From the IMG/VR virus record IMGVR_UViG_3300034061_001224, positions 684 through 64,683 of that record: 64,000 nucleotides of DNA, one strand, 5' to 3'. Each line of letters starts with the position of its first letter. Position 1 is the stretch's first letter. This document shows positions 37,295 through 48,127 of this stretch, piece by piece. The position numbers and the translations under genes are program-made. Under the pieces are notes generated by a model. The model ran no database searches. It was not told the origin of the DNA and worked only from the letters and a program-made list of their open reading frames with translations. This DNA is from a virus. Taxonomy: Duplodnaviria; Caudoviricetes.

Positions 37295-38823
37295 TGGATG
37301 TAAACAAATTGGCAGCTGACGCTGGTCGTCTTTCTATCCCGCAGTTACAACAAGCGATGCGTGACGGTACATTGCCGCCCTATATTGGTGTGCCTGTACT
37401 TCAAGAAAAAGTGAAATTGCAAAAGCAAATGCAAGCTGCACAAGCGGCTGGACAACCTAAAGCCCCTACCGTTGCTGAACAAGTAGATAGTGCTGCGCAT
37501 CAAGCTAACATGGAAGATATGATGAAAGCTCGTGCAGCTGCTATGCAAGATGAGATGGGTCAGACGGGTGGTATCTCAGATTTCCTACCTAAACCAGCTG
37601 AAGAAGCTTATGCAAAGGGGGGTCCGATTGCTTTTCGTGATGAAGGTTACGTTAACCCAGACTTTTTAGATGCTGCGTCTGATATGGATTTTGATACATG
37701 GAGAAGACGTCAAGGTATACCGGGTGGGCAGTTGCCATTTTCAGAGGATCAATTACCACAAGGTTTTAAAGATATGGCGTCTAGAATAGCTGCTGGTAAA
37801 CAAGCACCTAGAGCTTCGTTCGACTTTGCTAACCCAAACCAAGTTGCTACTGACGTGCTTGCTAATCCTGCTAGAGCAAATACTGACCCCGATTTATGGC
37901 AATGGGCTAGTGATTATAGAGCACAAAATCCAATCAAAACACCTTCTTCTGTAGCGGCTCAAGCTCCAGCCCAATCACAAGGTTTAGCCACTTTGTATGA
38001 TGAAGCTATCGGTCAAAACCCAATAACCACAGCAGAACAAGCGCGACAACAACGTGAAGCCTATCTTGGCCCTAACACTGGTATTGCATCGTTACGTGAG
38101 GACATCGGTAAAATGAAGTCTGAAGCGGCTGAAGATAAAGAACGTGCACCTTGGATGGCTTTAATGAAAGCAGGCTTAGCTACAATGGCTGGCACATCAC
38201 CATTTGCGCTTACTAATATTGGTAAAGGTGCTCAAGAAGGTGTTGCTGATTATATGGCAGCACAGAAAGATTACAGACACGCGCAAGAAAAACAATTAGA
38301 GCTTAATGCAAAGCTTGATGCTGCTGAACGTCAAGAAAAAATGGATGCATATAAATTTGGTGAAGACAGTGAAAAAGCGTCTCGCTCAGCAAATACTGCT
38401 TTGAAAATTGGTAAAGCTACTGCTGAAAATAAAGCCGAACTAGACCGAGCTGAGTTAGACCTTAAAAAAGAGAGTAATAGTATTATGCGGCAGCATTATG
38501 CTGACTTAAATGATAAATATGACACTGCAGCTTCTGGTGCAGCTTCTGGGTTACGTGGTGATATCAATAATAAAAACGCGCTAAAAGCCCTTGACCAATC
38601 TCTAGATACTAAACTAAAAGATCTGAGAGAGCAGTACAAAACAGGGACTTTAATAGGGCAAGATATAAGGCAGGATGAGAGATATATAGACATAATGAAT
38701 AAAAAAAATGCTGTGCAGCAAAAATTAGCAGCACTTGCAGGCATAGGTAAGGAGATACAGACTGCGCCGCCACCAGCAAAAGACTATTCATTAGCCGATA
38801 AATTATCTGGATATGGACGATAA
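37294..38823 (+). CDS. putative internal virion protein
   Basis: Coupled helical ORF with YAKGGPIAF motif. Confidence 0.65.
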   Translation: MDVNKLAADAGRLSIPQLQQAMRDGTLPPYIGVPVLQEKVKLQKQMQAAQAAGQPKAPTVAEQVDSAAHQANMEDMMKARAAAMQDEMGQTGGISDFLPKPAEEAYAKGGPIAFRDEGYVNPDFLDAASDMDFDTWRRRQGIPGGQLPFSEDQLPQGFKDMASRIAAGKQAPRASFDFANPNQVATDVLANPARANTDPDLWQWASDYRAQNPIKTPSSVAAQAPAQSQGLATLYDEAIGQNPITTAEQARQQREAYLGPNTGIASLREDIGKMKSEAAEDKERAPWMALMKAGLATMAGTSPFALTNIGKGAQEGVADYMAAQKDYRHAQEKQLELNAKLDAAERQEKMDAYKFGEDSEKASRSANTALKIGKATAENKAELDRAELDLKKESNSIMRQHYADLNDKYDTAASGAASGLRGDINNKNALKALDQSLDTKLKDLREQYKTGTLIGQDIRQDERYIDIMNKKNAVQQKLAALAGIGKEIQTAPPPAKDYSLADKLSGYGR

Positions 38824-38825
38824 CC

Positions 38826-41800
38826 ATGAGCCGTTTAGACCACTATGCTGAATGGTTGATAGCCAACCAGAATCTTAAAGGCACTCCAAATTTTGAGGCT
38901 GTTGCCAGTGCCTATAGAGACCTGAGAGCCACGCCAGAAGAACCTGAGGAAATGCCTGCACCGCAAATGCAACCTCAACCTGAAGAAACTCCTGAACCAC
39001 AAGGTCAGTTAGGTGCAGCTGCTAAACGCGGTGTGCATGCATTAAGTGAACAAGCGGCAGGTATTGGGTTAGGGTTAGAGTCAGCTTTTGGTAAACAAGA
39101 AGCTGCACAAAAGCAAATGGAAGCTATTAAAGCTGACCAAGCGAAATCCGCGCAGGGCGTAAAGTCTACCCAGTTCAAAGATATTGAAGATATTTATGGA
39201 AAAGAAGGATTGATAGCTGCAGCTAAAGAAGTGCCGGGATACATAGCGGAAAAAGCCTTGGAGTCTGCCCCTAGCGCAGCTGCTCCGTTAGGTGTTGGTC
39301 TTGCTGCGGCATCAGTGACTGGGCCTGTTGGTGGTGCTATTGCAGGTGCTACTACCGCGGTTGTCCAAATGTTTGGTGAAATGATGCAACGCCAAGCACA
39401 AGAGAAGCACAATGCGGGTGAGTTAGAACCGGGTAAAGCTGCTGGTGCAGCTGTCCCTGCTGGTTTATTAGATTACGCCGTTGATCGTGTCACATTGGGT
39501 ATGGCAAACCCTTTCAAGCAAGCGGTTAAAGAAGCCGCTGAGCAAGAAATTAAAAAGTCTGTACTGGGTGCTGTTGCTAAACGTGCGGCTATAAGTGCGC
39601 CATTAGGCGCCGCTACTGAAATTGGGCAACAGGCACTAGAACTAACACAAGCAGGATTGCCTATAGCTGATGAAGCAGCTAAACAGGAATACAAAGAAGC
39701 AGGTATTGCTGGGGGTTTGTTAGAAGGATTAGCTGGGGGAGCAGGTGCTGCATATAGAACTCAAGCACAAAATCAAGAAGTAACTGCCACAGAAGAGACC
39801 CGTTCTCCTCAACCTGAAGCTGCAGCGGAAGAACCTATCAGCCAACCAGAACCTATAGCTCAAGATGAAACAGAAATAACAACTGAAGTCCCATCATATG
39901 ACCGCGGAACAATTGAGACAGGAAATGCACCTGAAGTTGCAACAGAAGAACCTATCAGCCAACCAGAACCTATAGCTCAAGATGAAACAGAAATAACAAC
40001 TGAAGTCCCATCATATGACCGCGGAACAATTGAGACAGGAAATGCACCTGAGGTGAAACCTAGTGAAACACCTACCGCAGTATCAAATAAAGAAGAAGTA
40101 ACTGCTGTAGAAGATGGCACTTTTAAAGGGCAAACAGAATTAAATCTAAAACCTATCCCTACAAAAGAAGGTGCTTCACCTATTGTTGAGTATGGAGAAA
40201 GAAAGATTGTAATGGCTGATGTTAATGGGGTTAGTGTTCCATTTTATTTATCTACTGGTTACGGAGGCAAAAAAAATGTCGCATCTGGAAAATGGTATCC
40301 GATGTTTGGTATCGGCGAGAAGGGTTGGATAAATAAAACATCTGGTTCTGATATGAATACCTATTATGGTAGTCCAGAATTAGCTGCAGTGGCTAAACAA
40401 TTGGATACTCAAATAGGTGATGTAAGAAATGATACTTCTCATCCAGTTATTACCCCTTACAAAGCTTTTCAAACGAAGCACGATAAAGGTGCTATTGATT
40501 TTATTAATAGCCCATTCAGCAACAAACCAGCTGCATCACATGATGATCCTGATGTAATAAGCACGGTTAATAAAAATATAGAGGCTATTAAACAAGCAAT
40601 AGGAAATAAGCAAACAGGGGTAATTACACCTAATAAAGCAGAGGGTAAACCTGTACAACAGGATATAGAAACAGACGAAATAGAGAGTATTCCTGAACAG
40701 AAAGTGCTGAATGAGCAACCAGATGCTATTAAGGAATTTGTTGGGAGAGAAACCCAGCATACTGCATTAAAAACTAAACCTAGCGTCATAAAAGATACTA
40801 TCGAGGCATTTAAGAACTTTGATGCTGACAGAGCAGCACAGATGCTTGTTAGACCTGCAGCGCCTGTTAGTACTGAGCTTAAAGAACGAGGCATCTTTGA
40901 GGACGATAAGTTGCGTGGTGATAGCATCATCCATGCTAATAAACAGATAGGTAATGTCATTCAAGCGGCATCTGAGTCGGGTCCTGCGGTACCTGCAGGT
41001 GACGGAACATTGAAAGCTTCGGTAAATCCACGCCTTGCGCCTATTAATATCTTTAGAAACGTTGTAGATACGGGTAAAAAATATGGGTTTGATGGTGCAC
41101 AGCAATTAGCTGAAGCGTATCGTATTAGTTGGGGTGAGGAGACTTTGGCTGAAGATGCCAAAATGAAAGCTAAGGCACAAGAGCTAAAAACCCAAGCTAA
41201 AGACTATGAAGACATAGCTAATGACATGGCTAAAAAAGGCAACGCCAAAGTTAATGAGATTACAGCGGCAAAAGCTAAAGCGCAGGCATTAAAGAACAAA
41301 GCTGATGCACTTGAAGACATCTATCGAGAACGCACTGTTACGCCTGAGGATATTAAAAAGAAAGATGCATTCTTAAAAGCTGCTCCTGAGATGAAGCAGC
41401 ATATTCAGGACTTACGGGATTTAATCCGTGCGAATGTAGACCTATGGTACGAGACTGGGCGTATAGATAAAGAAACACGCGATCAGTGGAACAGCAAAAA
41501 ATACTATATGCCTATGCAGGTATTCTCAGAAGCGAAAGGAACATTCGATGATGTGCCAGAAAGTTGGGGTGTAGGTGCAGGCGCCAGATCAGTTGCAGGT
41601 ATGGAGAAGCGTAAAGGGCACAGCCAAGCGGTTAATCTATGGGATAACTTGCAAAAGCAACAAGCGTTTATGACTGCTATTGCCGGCCAAAACCTTGCGA
41701 GAAACGAAGCACTAACCCAGTTAGAAAAATACGGCAGTGCTAAAAAAGCGGCAGACCAATCGGATAGTAACAAGAAAGGCAACTATGTTGTATCGTACGT

Positions 41801-43469
41801 AGATGGTAAAAAGACGTGGTGGGAAGTTAAGAATCCTGCGTTAGTTGATGCGTTTCAAAACTTTAATTATCAGTTAAGCCCGCTGATGAAGATTGCCCAA
41901 AAAGGCGCTCAAGTTCTACGGACAACTGCATTAGTACAGCCATACTATTGGTATAAACAATTAGTAATTGACCCTATTCATGCATCGTTTGTCGGTGGAG
42001 TTGGTAATCTTACACCACTGCATTCGTTCACGGAGTTTGCCAAAATATTAACTAATACGTCTAAAGCAGTTCCTGTATTGCGTAGGCATGGTGTTATAGG
42101 GCCTGTCGATGTAATTCACGATGCTGATGCTGTTAAAGACCAGATAGGCTATGCAATGCAAGCCAAACCTATTAGTGTATCTAAATTAGCTCATGCGCTC
42201 ACAAAGATACATGAGGCAGCTGACGCATCAACAAGAGCTGCGGCCTATAACAAGGCCTTGGCTATGGCTAAACAGCAGGGGTTAACTGGTGATGCTGCTG
42301 AGAACTTTGCGGTTAATAAAGCTAGAGAGTTAATCAACTTCTCAGTGCATGGGATTTCCTCATCAGTGAATACCATGCGGAATATGGTGCCATTCTTCTC
42401 AGCAGCATTGAACAGCTTAGATACTACGTATCGAGCAGCTACAGGGCATAACCTTAATGCTAAAGAAGCAGCTAAAGCTAGAGCAGATTTTAGAAACGCT
42501 ACTGCCTTGACGTTCACCCTAACATCAATTTACACATTGATGATGCTCCAAGACCAAGACTATCTAGACGCTAAAGGAATTGATAAAGATGGTAACTGGC
42601 TAGTCCCATTGCCTGATGACGAAAATGGTCGGCATGGGTTTTTAAAAATACCTGCGCCTCACGAGATTGGATTCTTGTTCAAAACACTACCTGAACTATT
42701 AATCAGAGGCATGATGAATGACGCAACTACTAAGGAGATTCTGACGTCTATTGGAGAAGGCATATCAAGAAACACACCCCCTCTTATGCCTATGGCACAG
42801 ATAGTAAAACCTACAGTAGATGTTACTAGAAACTACAATGCTTTGACTGGTGCCCCGATAGAGAGCACAGGTCAGCAACGGTTACCTGTTGAACGTCGTG
42901 GTGAAGCTTCAGCATCTGAGATAGCTAAATTTGCTAGTGATGATTTAAAAGCTAAAAACATTAACCTGTCACCTGCCAAAATAGACTACTTAATTCGTGG
43001 GTATTTTGCTGAATGGGGTGCTATGGGTTCAGCATTGGCAGACTCTATGATTCGCACTTACAAAGGTGAAGATAAAACACCTACTAAAGATTGGTTGAAT
43101 TCTAAAGAAAACCCCATGCGGTCTATGTTCACCAATCCTATATCTTCCAGAAGCAAAGCTCAGTTATATGAACTATTTGAAAGCTCACAACAGATTGTTA
43201 ATTCAGTTACAGATTACCAGAAACAAGGCAATGTAGAGAAAATAAAAGAGCTGATGGCTGATCCAGAAACTAAAAAACAATACGCCACTGCAGCGGGGAT
43301 GAAAGCTTTTATAGATAAAGAAGCTGAGTTTAATAGACAAATTAAGATCATATCTAGTAGACCAGACACACCTGCTAATAGGGCATTGATTAAGTCTTTA
43401 CAGCGTAAAAGTAATGATAATGCTAGTAAGGCTATAGCAGTTGCCAAAAAACTAGGACTGCCCTACTAA
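38826..43469 (+). CDS. large internal virion/polyvalent protein (LPD38-like C-terminus)
   Basis: 1547 aa, last gene of the virion module. C-terminal NFS..G, VPFF.A, KIPAPHEIG and SPAKIDYLIRGYF motifs. Confidence 0.7.
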   Translation: MSRLDHYAEWLIANQNLKGTPNFEAVASAYRDLRATPEEPEEMPAPQMQPQPEETPEPQGQLGAAAKRGVHALSEQAAGIGLGLESAFGKQEAAQKQMEAIKADQAKSAQGVKSTQFKDIEDIYGKEGLIAAAKEVPGYIAEKALESAPSAAAPLGVGLAAASVTGPVGGAIAGATTAVVQMFGEMMQRQAQEKHNAGELEPGKAAGAAVPAGLLDYAVDRVTLGMANPFKQAVKEAAEQEIKKSVLGAVAKRAAISAPLGAATEIGQQALELTQAGLPIADEAAKQEYKEAGIAGGLLEGLAGGAGAAYRTQAQNQEVTATEETRSPQPEAAAEEPISQPEPIAQDETEITTEVPSYDRGTIETGNAPEVATEEPISQPEPIAQDETEITTEVPSYDRGTIETGNAPEVKPSETPTAVSNKEEVTAVEDGTFKGQTELNLKPIPTKEGASPIVEYGERKIVMADVNGVSVPFYLSTGYGGKKNVASGKWYPMFGIGEKGWINKTSGSDMNTYYGSPELAAVAKQLDTQIGDVRNDTSHPVITPYKAFQTKHDKGAIDFINSPFSNKPAASHDDPDVISTVNKNIEAIKQAIGNKQTGVITPNKAEGKPVQQDIETDEIESIPEQKVLNEQPDAIKEFVGRETQHTALKTKPSVIKDTIEAFKNFDADRAAQMLVRPAAPVSTELKERGIFEDDKLRGDSIIHANKQIGNVIQAASESGPAVPAGDGTLKASVNPRLAPINIFRNVVDTGKKYGFDGAQQLAEAYRISWGEETLAEDAKMKAKAQELKTQAKDYEDIANDMAKKGNAKVNEITAAKAKAQALKNKADALEDIYRERTVTPEDIKKKDAFLKAAPEMKQHIQDLRDLIRANVDLWYETGRIDKETRDQWNSKKYYMPMQVFSEAKGTFDDVPESWGVGAGARSVAGMEKRKGHSQAVNLWDNLQKQQAFMTAIAGQNLARNEALTQLEKYGSAKKAADQSDSNKKGNYVVSYVDGKKTWWEVKNPALVDAFQNFNYQLSPLMKIAQKGAQVLRTTALVQPYYWYKQLVIDPIHASFVGGVGNLTPLHSFTEFAKILTNTSKAVPVLRRHGVIGPVDVIHDADAVKDQIGYAMQAKPISVSKLAHALTKIHEAADASTRAAAYNKALAMAKQQGLTGDAAENFAVNKARELINFSVHGISSSVNTMRNMVPFFSAALNSLDTTYRAATGHNLNAKEAAKARADFRNATALTFTLTSIYTLMMLQDQDYLDAKGIDKDGNWLVPLPDDENGRHGFLKIPAPHEIGFLFKTLPELLIRGMMNDATTKEILTSIGEGISRNTPPLMPMAQIVKPTVDVTRNYNALTGAPIESTGQQRLPVERRGEASASEIAKFASDDLKAKNINLSPAKIDYLIRGYFAEWGAMGSALADSMIRTYKGEDKTPTKDWLNSKENPMRSMFTNPISSRSKAQLYELFESSQQIVNSVTDYQKQGNVEKIKELMADPETKKQYATAAGMKAFIDKEAEFNRQIKIISSRPDTPANRALIKSLQRKSNDNASKAIAVAKKLGLPY
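39828..40051 (+). repeat. in-frame tandem duplication, period 117 bp
   Basis: 39828-39934 is identical to 39945-40051. Confidence 0.92.
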
Positions 43470-43473
43470 AATT

Positions 43474-43499
43474 AAGCCCCTGAAAAGGGGCTTTTTCTT
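43474..43499. terminator. terminator between the convergent modules
   Basis: AAGCCCC-TGAAAA-GGGGCTT followed by TTTCTT, with an A-rich left flank. Confidence 0.8.
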
Positions 43500-43501
43500 A
43501 T

Positions 43502-46324
43502 CTACTGTATTGGTGTATCTGGGATAAACCCTGTAATGTCTTCCATTATAAATTGCTCAACACGAACATTTACCGCGGTACGTCCAAACCCATACATTAA
43601 TCTGCCTGCTGTAGAGCCTACGTACATACCCTCTGTTGTTAAGTTATCAATAAAGCCTTTATAGGGTAGCTGCTTCTTAGCACACCACTTGCGTAGCGCA
43701 CTGCTAGCAATAGACAGAATTTTAGTATCTGCATCAAATCGCGCGAGAACTTCCCTAGAAGGCACCAATAACGGTGGTTGTTCAAGACCTTCAGAAAGAT
43801 TTGCATATCCTACAAAAATACTTCCATTGCATTCATTCAAGAACTCACCGAGTGAATTCTCCCTACAATCACTTTCATCATGCAGTGCGGTAGTTACCTT
43901 GCCTATGTTAGCTAATGCCCAAGTGGTAATTTTCTTAACGTCTATATTATGTAAGTTACAACGATGAGCGATCTCTAACCCCGCAAGCGCTACAGCACAA
44001 GCTGCTGAATAGAACCTATGCTTTTGCGAGAAGTTAGCCTTTGTATCGAATTCACGACGAATGTCTCTAAACAACTCAATGCATTCTTCTTTATTGTTGA
44101 TGATGTACTTAATAACTATTTCCCCAGCCATTCCATAATTGCTATACAGGTGGTCGGTAAAGATAGTGTCTGACTCGTCCTTCGTTAAGGTCTTATCATG
44201 GTCTACATAAATTTCCAGTACCCGCATCATCTCGCCCTCTGGTCTTGATTTGTAAGACATAAGAACATCGTAGATGCTGTTGTTACCTGAGGTTATGCAG
44301 GGTAGCTGCCATGTGGTGCGGTTCTTTCTTAATGCATTGTGCTGTGACTGCATACGGTCGCGGCCTTTACCTTGGGAAATCATATAGGCGATGTTGCCTA
44401 TCTCTTCAGGTGTTAAGTCTGTAACCTCATCAATGCACATAGGCATATTCTTAATCACACCCATTGCTAACTGTCTGGCTAAAGGCTTGTCATCAAACGT
44501 CATTAAACCTGCTTCTGGATGCCCCCAGATGCTGTTAGCCATTAACTGGATAGTGGTCTTACCCACACCAGACTTTTCATTTGTCAGGTGCAAAATAAAA
44601 CCTTTAATTCCAGAGAATCTAACTAAAGGCGAACCGAAGCTTACCCCTAAAGCAAACGCACGTGCTTCGTTGCCGGGCTTACCATACAGGTTAGCTATCT
44701 TAATCCACTCAGGCAAATGCCCTAGATGAGAATACTTTGGTGCGAACTCCGCTGTGCTTGTAGACGGTGGGCTGTATTTAACGCCATCCACACTAATCAG
44801 TCTTGTGCCTATAATGAATGACTCATCATCGTCGTGCCAACCGAACTGTGACCTAGCAATTTCAGCAACATCTGTGTTCTGTAGGCAGTGAACGTAGTGT
44901 GCCAGATATGCCATAATGCCTGTCATCTTAGCGTCCATAGCGGAAACCCCTTTAGATGCTAGAAGCGTACGTGCTTTATCTTTAGACAGAATATCCTGCA
45001 GTGGGGCAACAAACTCTTCTACACCATCTCTAGGCATATGCAGTTTAATAAGCGCCATTTCACCGTATTCTTCATCTTTCAGCCGTTTCTCAATATACAA
45101 ATCATTTTCATAGATGAGTACATCGGTTTCCATCTGGTCACCCTCTGGATTATCCTTGGCTAGTGGAGACACTTTCTTCAAATATACACCGCCATTAACG
45201 CCTCTGAAATAAGGTTTAGGGTATGCAGGGATAATCAGGGTTGTTTCTTCACCAAGACCTTTATGCCTTACTGTAACGATATTGTCTTCTGGGGTAGCCT
45301 CTGGAACGTACACACCTAGCTTAATAGGTGAATTGATACCACCTTTATGGATACAAGTAAGGCATCGTTCCTCACCAAAAACCTTTTGGAACTCTTTGCA
45401 TGTATGTGCCCCAGTTTTACATCCGTTGGCTTTTTGCTCTGTGGAATAAGGGTCATAGTCATCATGCTGGCGTGACATTAAATGAATAGCTTTATCACGG
45501 TCTTCGCAGTATTGAGGAACCGACAACGCAGAACGCCACATGGGTTCTGACATTTCATTTTGATGCGTGTACGCATAAACTAATTGGTGACAGCCGTTTC
45601 CTTTTAGGCTGAGCTTCATAATGCGCGAGAAGTTAGCAACAACACCTTTAGCTAAACGCTCAGTAATATCATCTTCTTCTTTAACCCCGAACGAATAAAC
45701 TCCGGACGAACCTTCAAAGTTAATAGCGGTTTTTAACGCTGAGAACGCTATAGCCTCAGCAAACTCGATCACCTTTACTTCTTTCTTGTTAGTAGGTGAC
45801 TTGTAATTAAATGTATCTGGCACCCGTAGGATTCTTGCTGCATCTGCAGTTACGCTAGGGTCTGCTTTCAAACCATGCAGTACGCAGGTTTGTTTTAAAT
45901 GATCTGCGACTGGTTTCCAGTCGTTGTATGAAATCTCTTCGGTTAACACCCAATAGCAGTGCAAGCCATTACCTGAGTCTACGACAGTAGGGAAAGAAAG
46001 ACCTAGCTCACTGCAAAATCTTTCGAGTTCACTTAAACCTGTCTCTTTATCTAAATAGTCTTTCTTCGGGCCACAATCTATATCAAGCCAAAACGACTTA
46101 AAATACTTGGCGTTCGTAGCAAGTCTGTTTTCATTAGTTCGAAACTTAGCGCATCCAAAATATATGTCGTACTCTTGAGCCGCTAACGTGCCGCAGTATG
46201 AGACTGCATCATCGAGATTATCGAAAAACCTAGACTGGGGTTGACCTCTTTTTAAGCCAAGTATGCAGTAATAACCCTGCTTGGCAGTGACGTGTTCTAA
46301 GAAATCGCGCTTATCCATAACCAA
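43502..46324 (-). CDS. primase-helicase (RepB/AEP-type primase plus DUF927-like helicase)
   Basis: WLDID, DSGNGLHCYW, RILRVPDTFN, QFGWH, Walker A SGVGKTT, Walker B CIDE and GKGRDR. Confidence 0.85.
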   Translation of the reverse strand: MVMDKRDFLEHVTAKQGYYCILGLKRGQPQSRFFDNLDDAVSYCGTLAAQEYDIYFGCAKFRTNENRLATNAKYFKSFWLDIDCGPKKDYLDKETGLSELERFCSELGLSFPTVVDSGNGLHCYWVLTEEISYNDWKPVADHLKQTCVLHGLKADPSVTADAARILRVPDTFNYKSPTNKKEVKVIEFAEAIAFSALKTAINFEGSSGVYSFGVKEEDDITERLAKGVVANFSRIMKLSLKGNGCHQLVYAYTHQNEMSEPMWRSALSVPQYCEDRDKAIHLMSRQHDDYDPYSTEQKANGCKTGAHTCKEFQKVFGEERCLTCIHKGGINSPIKLGVYVPEATPEDNIVTVRHKGLGEETTLIIPAYPKPYFRGVNGGVYLKKVSPLAKDNPEGDQMETDVLIYENDLYIEKRLKDEEYGEMALIKLHMPRDGVEEFVAPLQDILSKDKARTLLASKGVSAMDAKMTGIMAYLAHYVHCLQNTDVAEIARSQFGWHDDDESFIIGTRLISVDGVKYSPPSTSTAEFAPKYSHLGHLPEWIKIANLYGKPGNEARAFALGVSFGSPLVRFSGIKGFILHLTNEKSGVGKTTIQLMANSIWGHPEAGLMTFDDKPLARQLAMGVIKNMPMCIDEVTDLTPEEIGNIAYMISQGKGRDRMQSQHNALRKNRTTWQLPCITSGNNSIYDVLMSYKSRPEGEMMRVLEIYVDHDKTLTKDESDTIFTDHLYSNYGMAGEIVIKYIINNKEECIELFRDIRREFDTKANFSQKHRFYSAACAVALAGLEIAHRCNLHNIDVKKITTWALANIGKVTTALHDESDCRENSLGEFLNECNGSIFVGYANLSEGLEQPPLLVPSREVLARFDADTKILSIASSALRKWCAKKQLPYKGFIDNLTTEGMYVGSTAGRLMYGFGRTAVNVRVEQFIMEDITGFIPDTPIQ

Positions 46325-46340
46325 CCCAAAATGGAGGGGT

Positions 46341-46366
46341 AAAAAAGGGCGGTACTAAGACCGCCC
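46341..46366 (-). terminator. Rho-independent terminator
   Basis: GGGCGGT/ACCGCCC stem followed by T6 on the minus strand. Confidence 0.7.
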
Positions 46367-46392
46367 CACTTAATCAAAAAAGGGAGAGTATC

Positions 46393-47304
46393 TTAATCGT
46401 CCCACTCTTCCAATAAGCTATCAATATCGGCTGGTGCAGCTACTGCCTCTGCTTTTTTAGTTGTGGCTGCTTTCTTAGGTTCAGCCGGCGCTTCTTCCTT
46501 AACAAACTCAACTACGTCTTCATCTTTAGCTTTAGCTGCACTTGGTCTAGTTACTGCGGTTTGTGCTTTTGGCGCATCTGCTAAATCAATTGATGCAGGG
46601 TCAAAACTAATAGCGTTAATCGCTTCAATGGTTTTACCTTTCTCTTTAGCAAAGTAGTACTCTTCTTCTGTCAAAGGTCGTACTGCACGGAAAGTAATTT
46701 TTGGGGTAGATGAGCTAGTATCAAATCTAGCTTCTGTTACTACACCTGTCACCTGCACGCCATTCGCTTTCAAGAACTGAGCGTACGCTGTCAAAGGTAA
46801 TTTGCCATTTTCGCCTGTACCAAATAGTGATTGGGCTGGTATAACTAGCTGGTATACGCTTGCTTCGTCACTTAAATCGTTTTCTAAAACAACAGCAAGC
46901 CTACGGCTATAACGGCAAGCACGAGCTCCATTAGCGCCAGAACCAGCAATATTTTGCGGGCATGCCGCGCATGTTGACGCTTGAGGATTTTTGATGGAAG
47001 CATCAGGTTTATCTCCGTTTAAGCTAGTGCAGTCTGGGCGAAGTGCTTCACCCTCTACAAAAGTTTTACCATAAAACGTACGGCTATTGTTAGGTGCAGC
47101 TGCAACGATAATCATATTCATCGCACGGTCTTCGTTCTGTGCTACTTCTTTACCGCTAACAATCATGCGCCATACAGAACCCCTAACTGAAATGCGTTTG
47201 TATGTAGACGAACCGCCTGCTAATGCACTGGTTGCATCATCTTGATCGTTACGCAAATAAGCTGGAACACTAGCACCGTTTGAAAATAAAGCTAATTGAC
47301 TCAT
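46393..47304 (-). CDS. probable single-stranded DNA-binding protein
   Basis: CAACPQN..GSG..ACRYSRRLAV, acidic aromatic C-terminus (LLEEWDD), replication context. Confidence 0.6.
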   Translation of the reverse strand: MSQLALFSNGASVPAYLRNDQDDATSALAGGSSTYKRISVRGSVWRMIVSGKEVAQNEDRAMNMIIVAAAPNNSRTFYGKTFVEGEALRPDCTSLNGDKPDASIKNPQASTCAACPQNIAGSGANGARACRYSRRLAVVLENDLSDEASVYQLVIPAQSLFGTGENGKLPLTAYAQFLKANGVQVTGVVTEARFDTSSSTPKITFRAVRPLTEEEYYFAKEKGKTIEAINAISFDPASIDLADAPKAQTAVTRPSAAKAKDEDVVEFVKEEAPAEPKKAATTKKAEAVAAPADIDSLLEEWDD

Positions 47305-47528
47305 AAGTATTCTCCGTAAATTTCTGAAGTTTCTGTTTCTGTTTCTGGTTGGGTGGTAGAGCTGCGTGCTTCTAAGAAGGTGTCTACTTGTTCCTTAGAA
47401 AACCTAATGTGTCTACTACCCAGTCTTGTGCATTCCAGCTCGCCTGAACGAGTGTATCTGCGTATGGTTTCTACACTAACTTGTAAAAAGTTAGCCAGCT
47501 GCTCTGCTGTTAATAATTGCTCGGTCAT
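47301..47528 (-). CDS. excisionase-like HTH DNA-binding protein
   Basis: LLTAEQLANFLQVSVETIRRYTRSGEL..RF. Confidence 0.8.
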   Translation of the reverse strand: MTEQLLTAEQLANFLQVSVETIRRYTRSGELECTRLGSRHIRFSKEQVDTFLEARSSTTQPETETETSEIYGEYL

Positions 47529-47920
47529 CGTGCTCTCACTACTCTTATTGTGTATCGACTATCGGAGTTAAGCCCCTTTGGAACTTCTCCCTCGTTATCT
47601 GCCAAAAAGGTTTTTAAATTGCCTTGATGGATTCTTTGTTCAAGCAAATTAATTGCATTATGCTCTCTAATAAAGTCATACATAGACGACCAATCAGATG
47701 TCCAATACCGAGTGGTAACAGACCTAGATACAGTACCAGCAGATGTTTTCATACCATCCACACCTGTATCGCGACACATATCCAGTAACTTATTAGTTAC
47801 GAGTTCTAATTGCTCCTTTAATCTATTGTCCTCTTTTTCATACTCCTGTTGCAACAAAGATCGTTTATCCCGTATCTTCACATACGTCGCTACTAGCTTA
47901 TCTGCTGTAATTTCAGCCAT
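47525..47920 (-). CDS. conserved phage replication-region protein
   Basis: AGGAG RBS and YVKIRD..KTSAGTV..DW motif. Confidence 0.7.
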   Translation of the reverse strand: MAEITADKLVATYVKIRDKRSLLQQEYEKEDNRLKEQLELVTNKLLDMCRDTGVDGMKTSAGTVSRSVTTRYWTSDWSSMYDFIREHNAINLLEQRIHQGNLKTFLADNEGEVPKGLNSDSRYTIRVVRAR

Positions 47921-48127
47921 GACTATCTCCTATAACTAAACACCACTTATACCGTGCGGGAACCGTACTACATATACTAACACAACTTAATACTAATTAT
48001 CGACTTCTTCGTCTAGCATAGCGTCAAATAACGCATCTATAAAAGTAACAAACAGCGCTACCAAAGCCGCCACCCCAACTAACATAACCCCAAAAAATCT
48101 TAACACATGCATACGCCCTCCTGATTA

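Noticed and set aside
7310-43447. Many short antisense ORFs in the track opposite the virion genes
   Set aside because: They are shadow ORFs without RBS or recognisable motifs, unlike the two same-strand nested nuclease ORFs.
47301-47528. Excisionase implying a temperate integration module
   Set aside because: No integrase, att site or repressor pair was recognised in the window.
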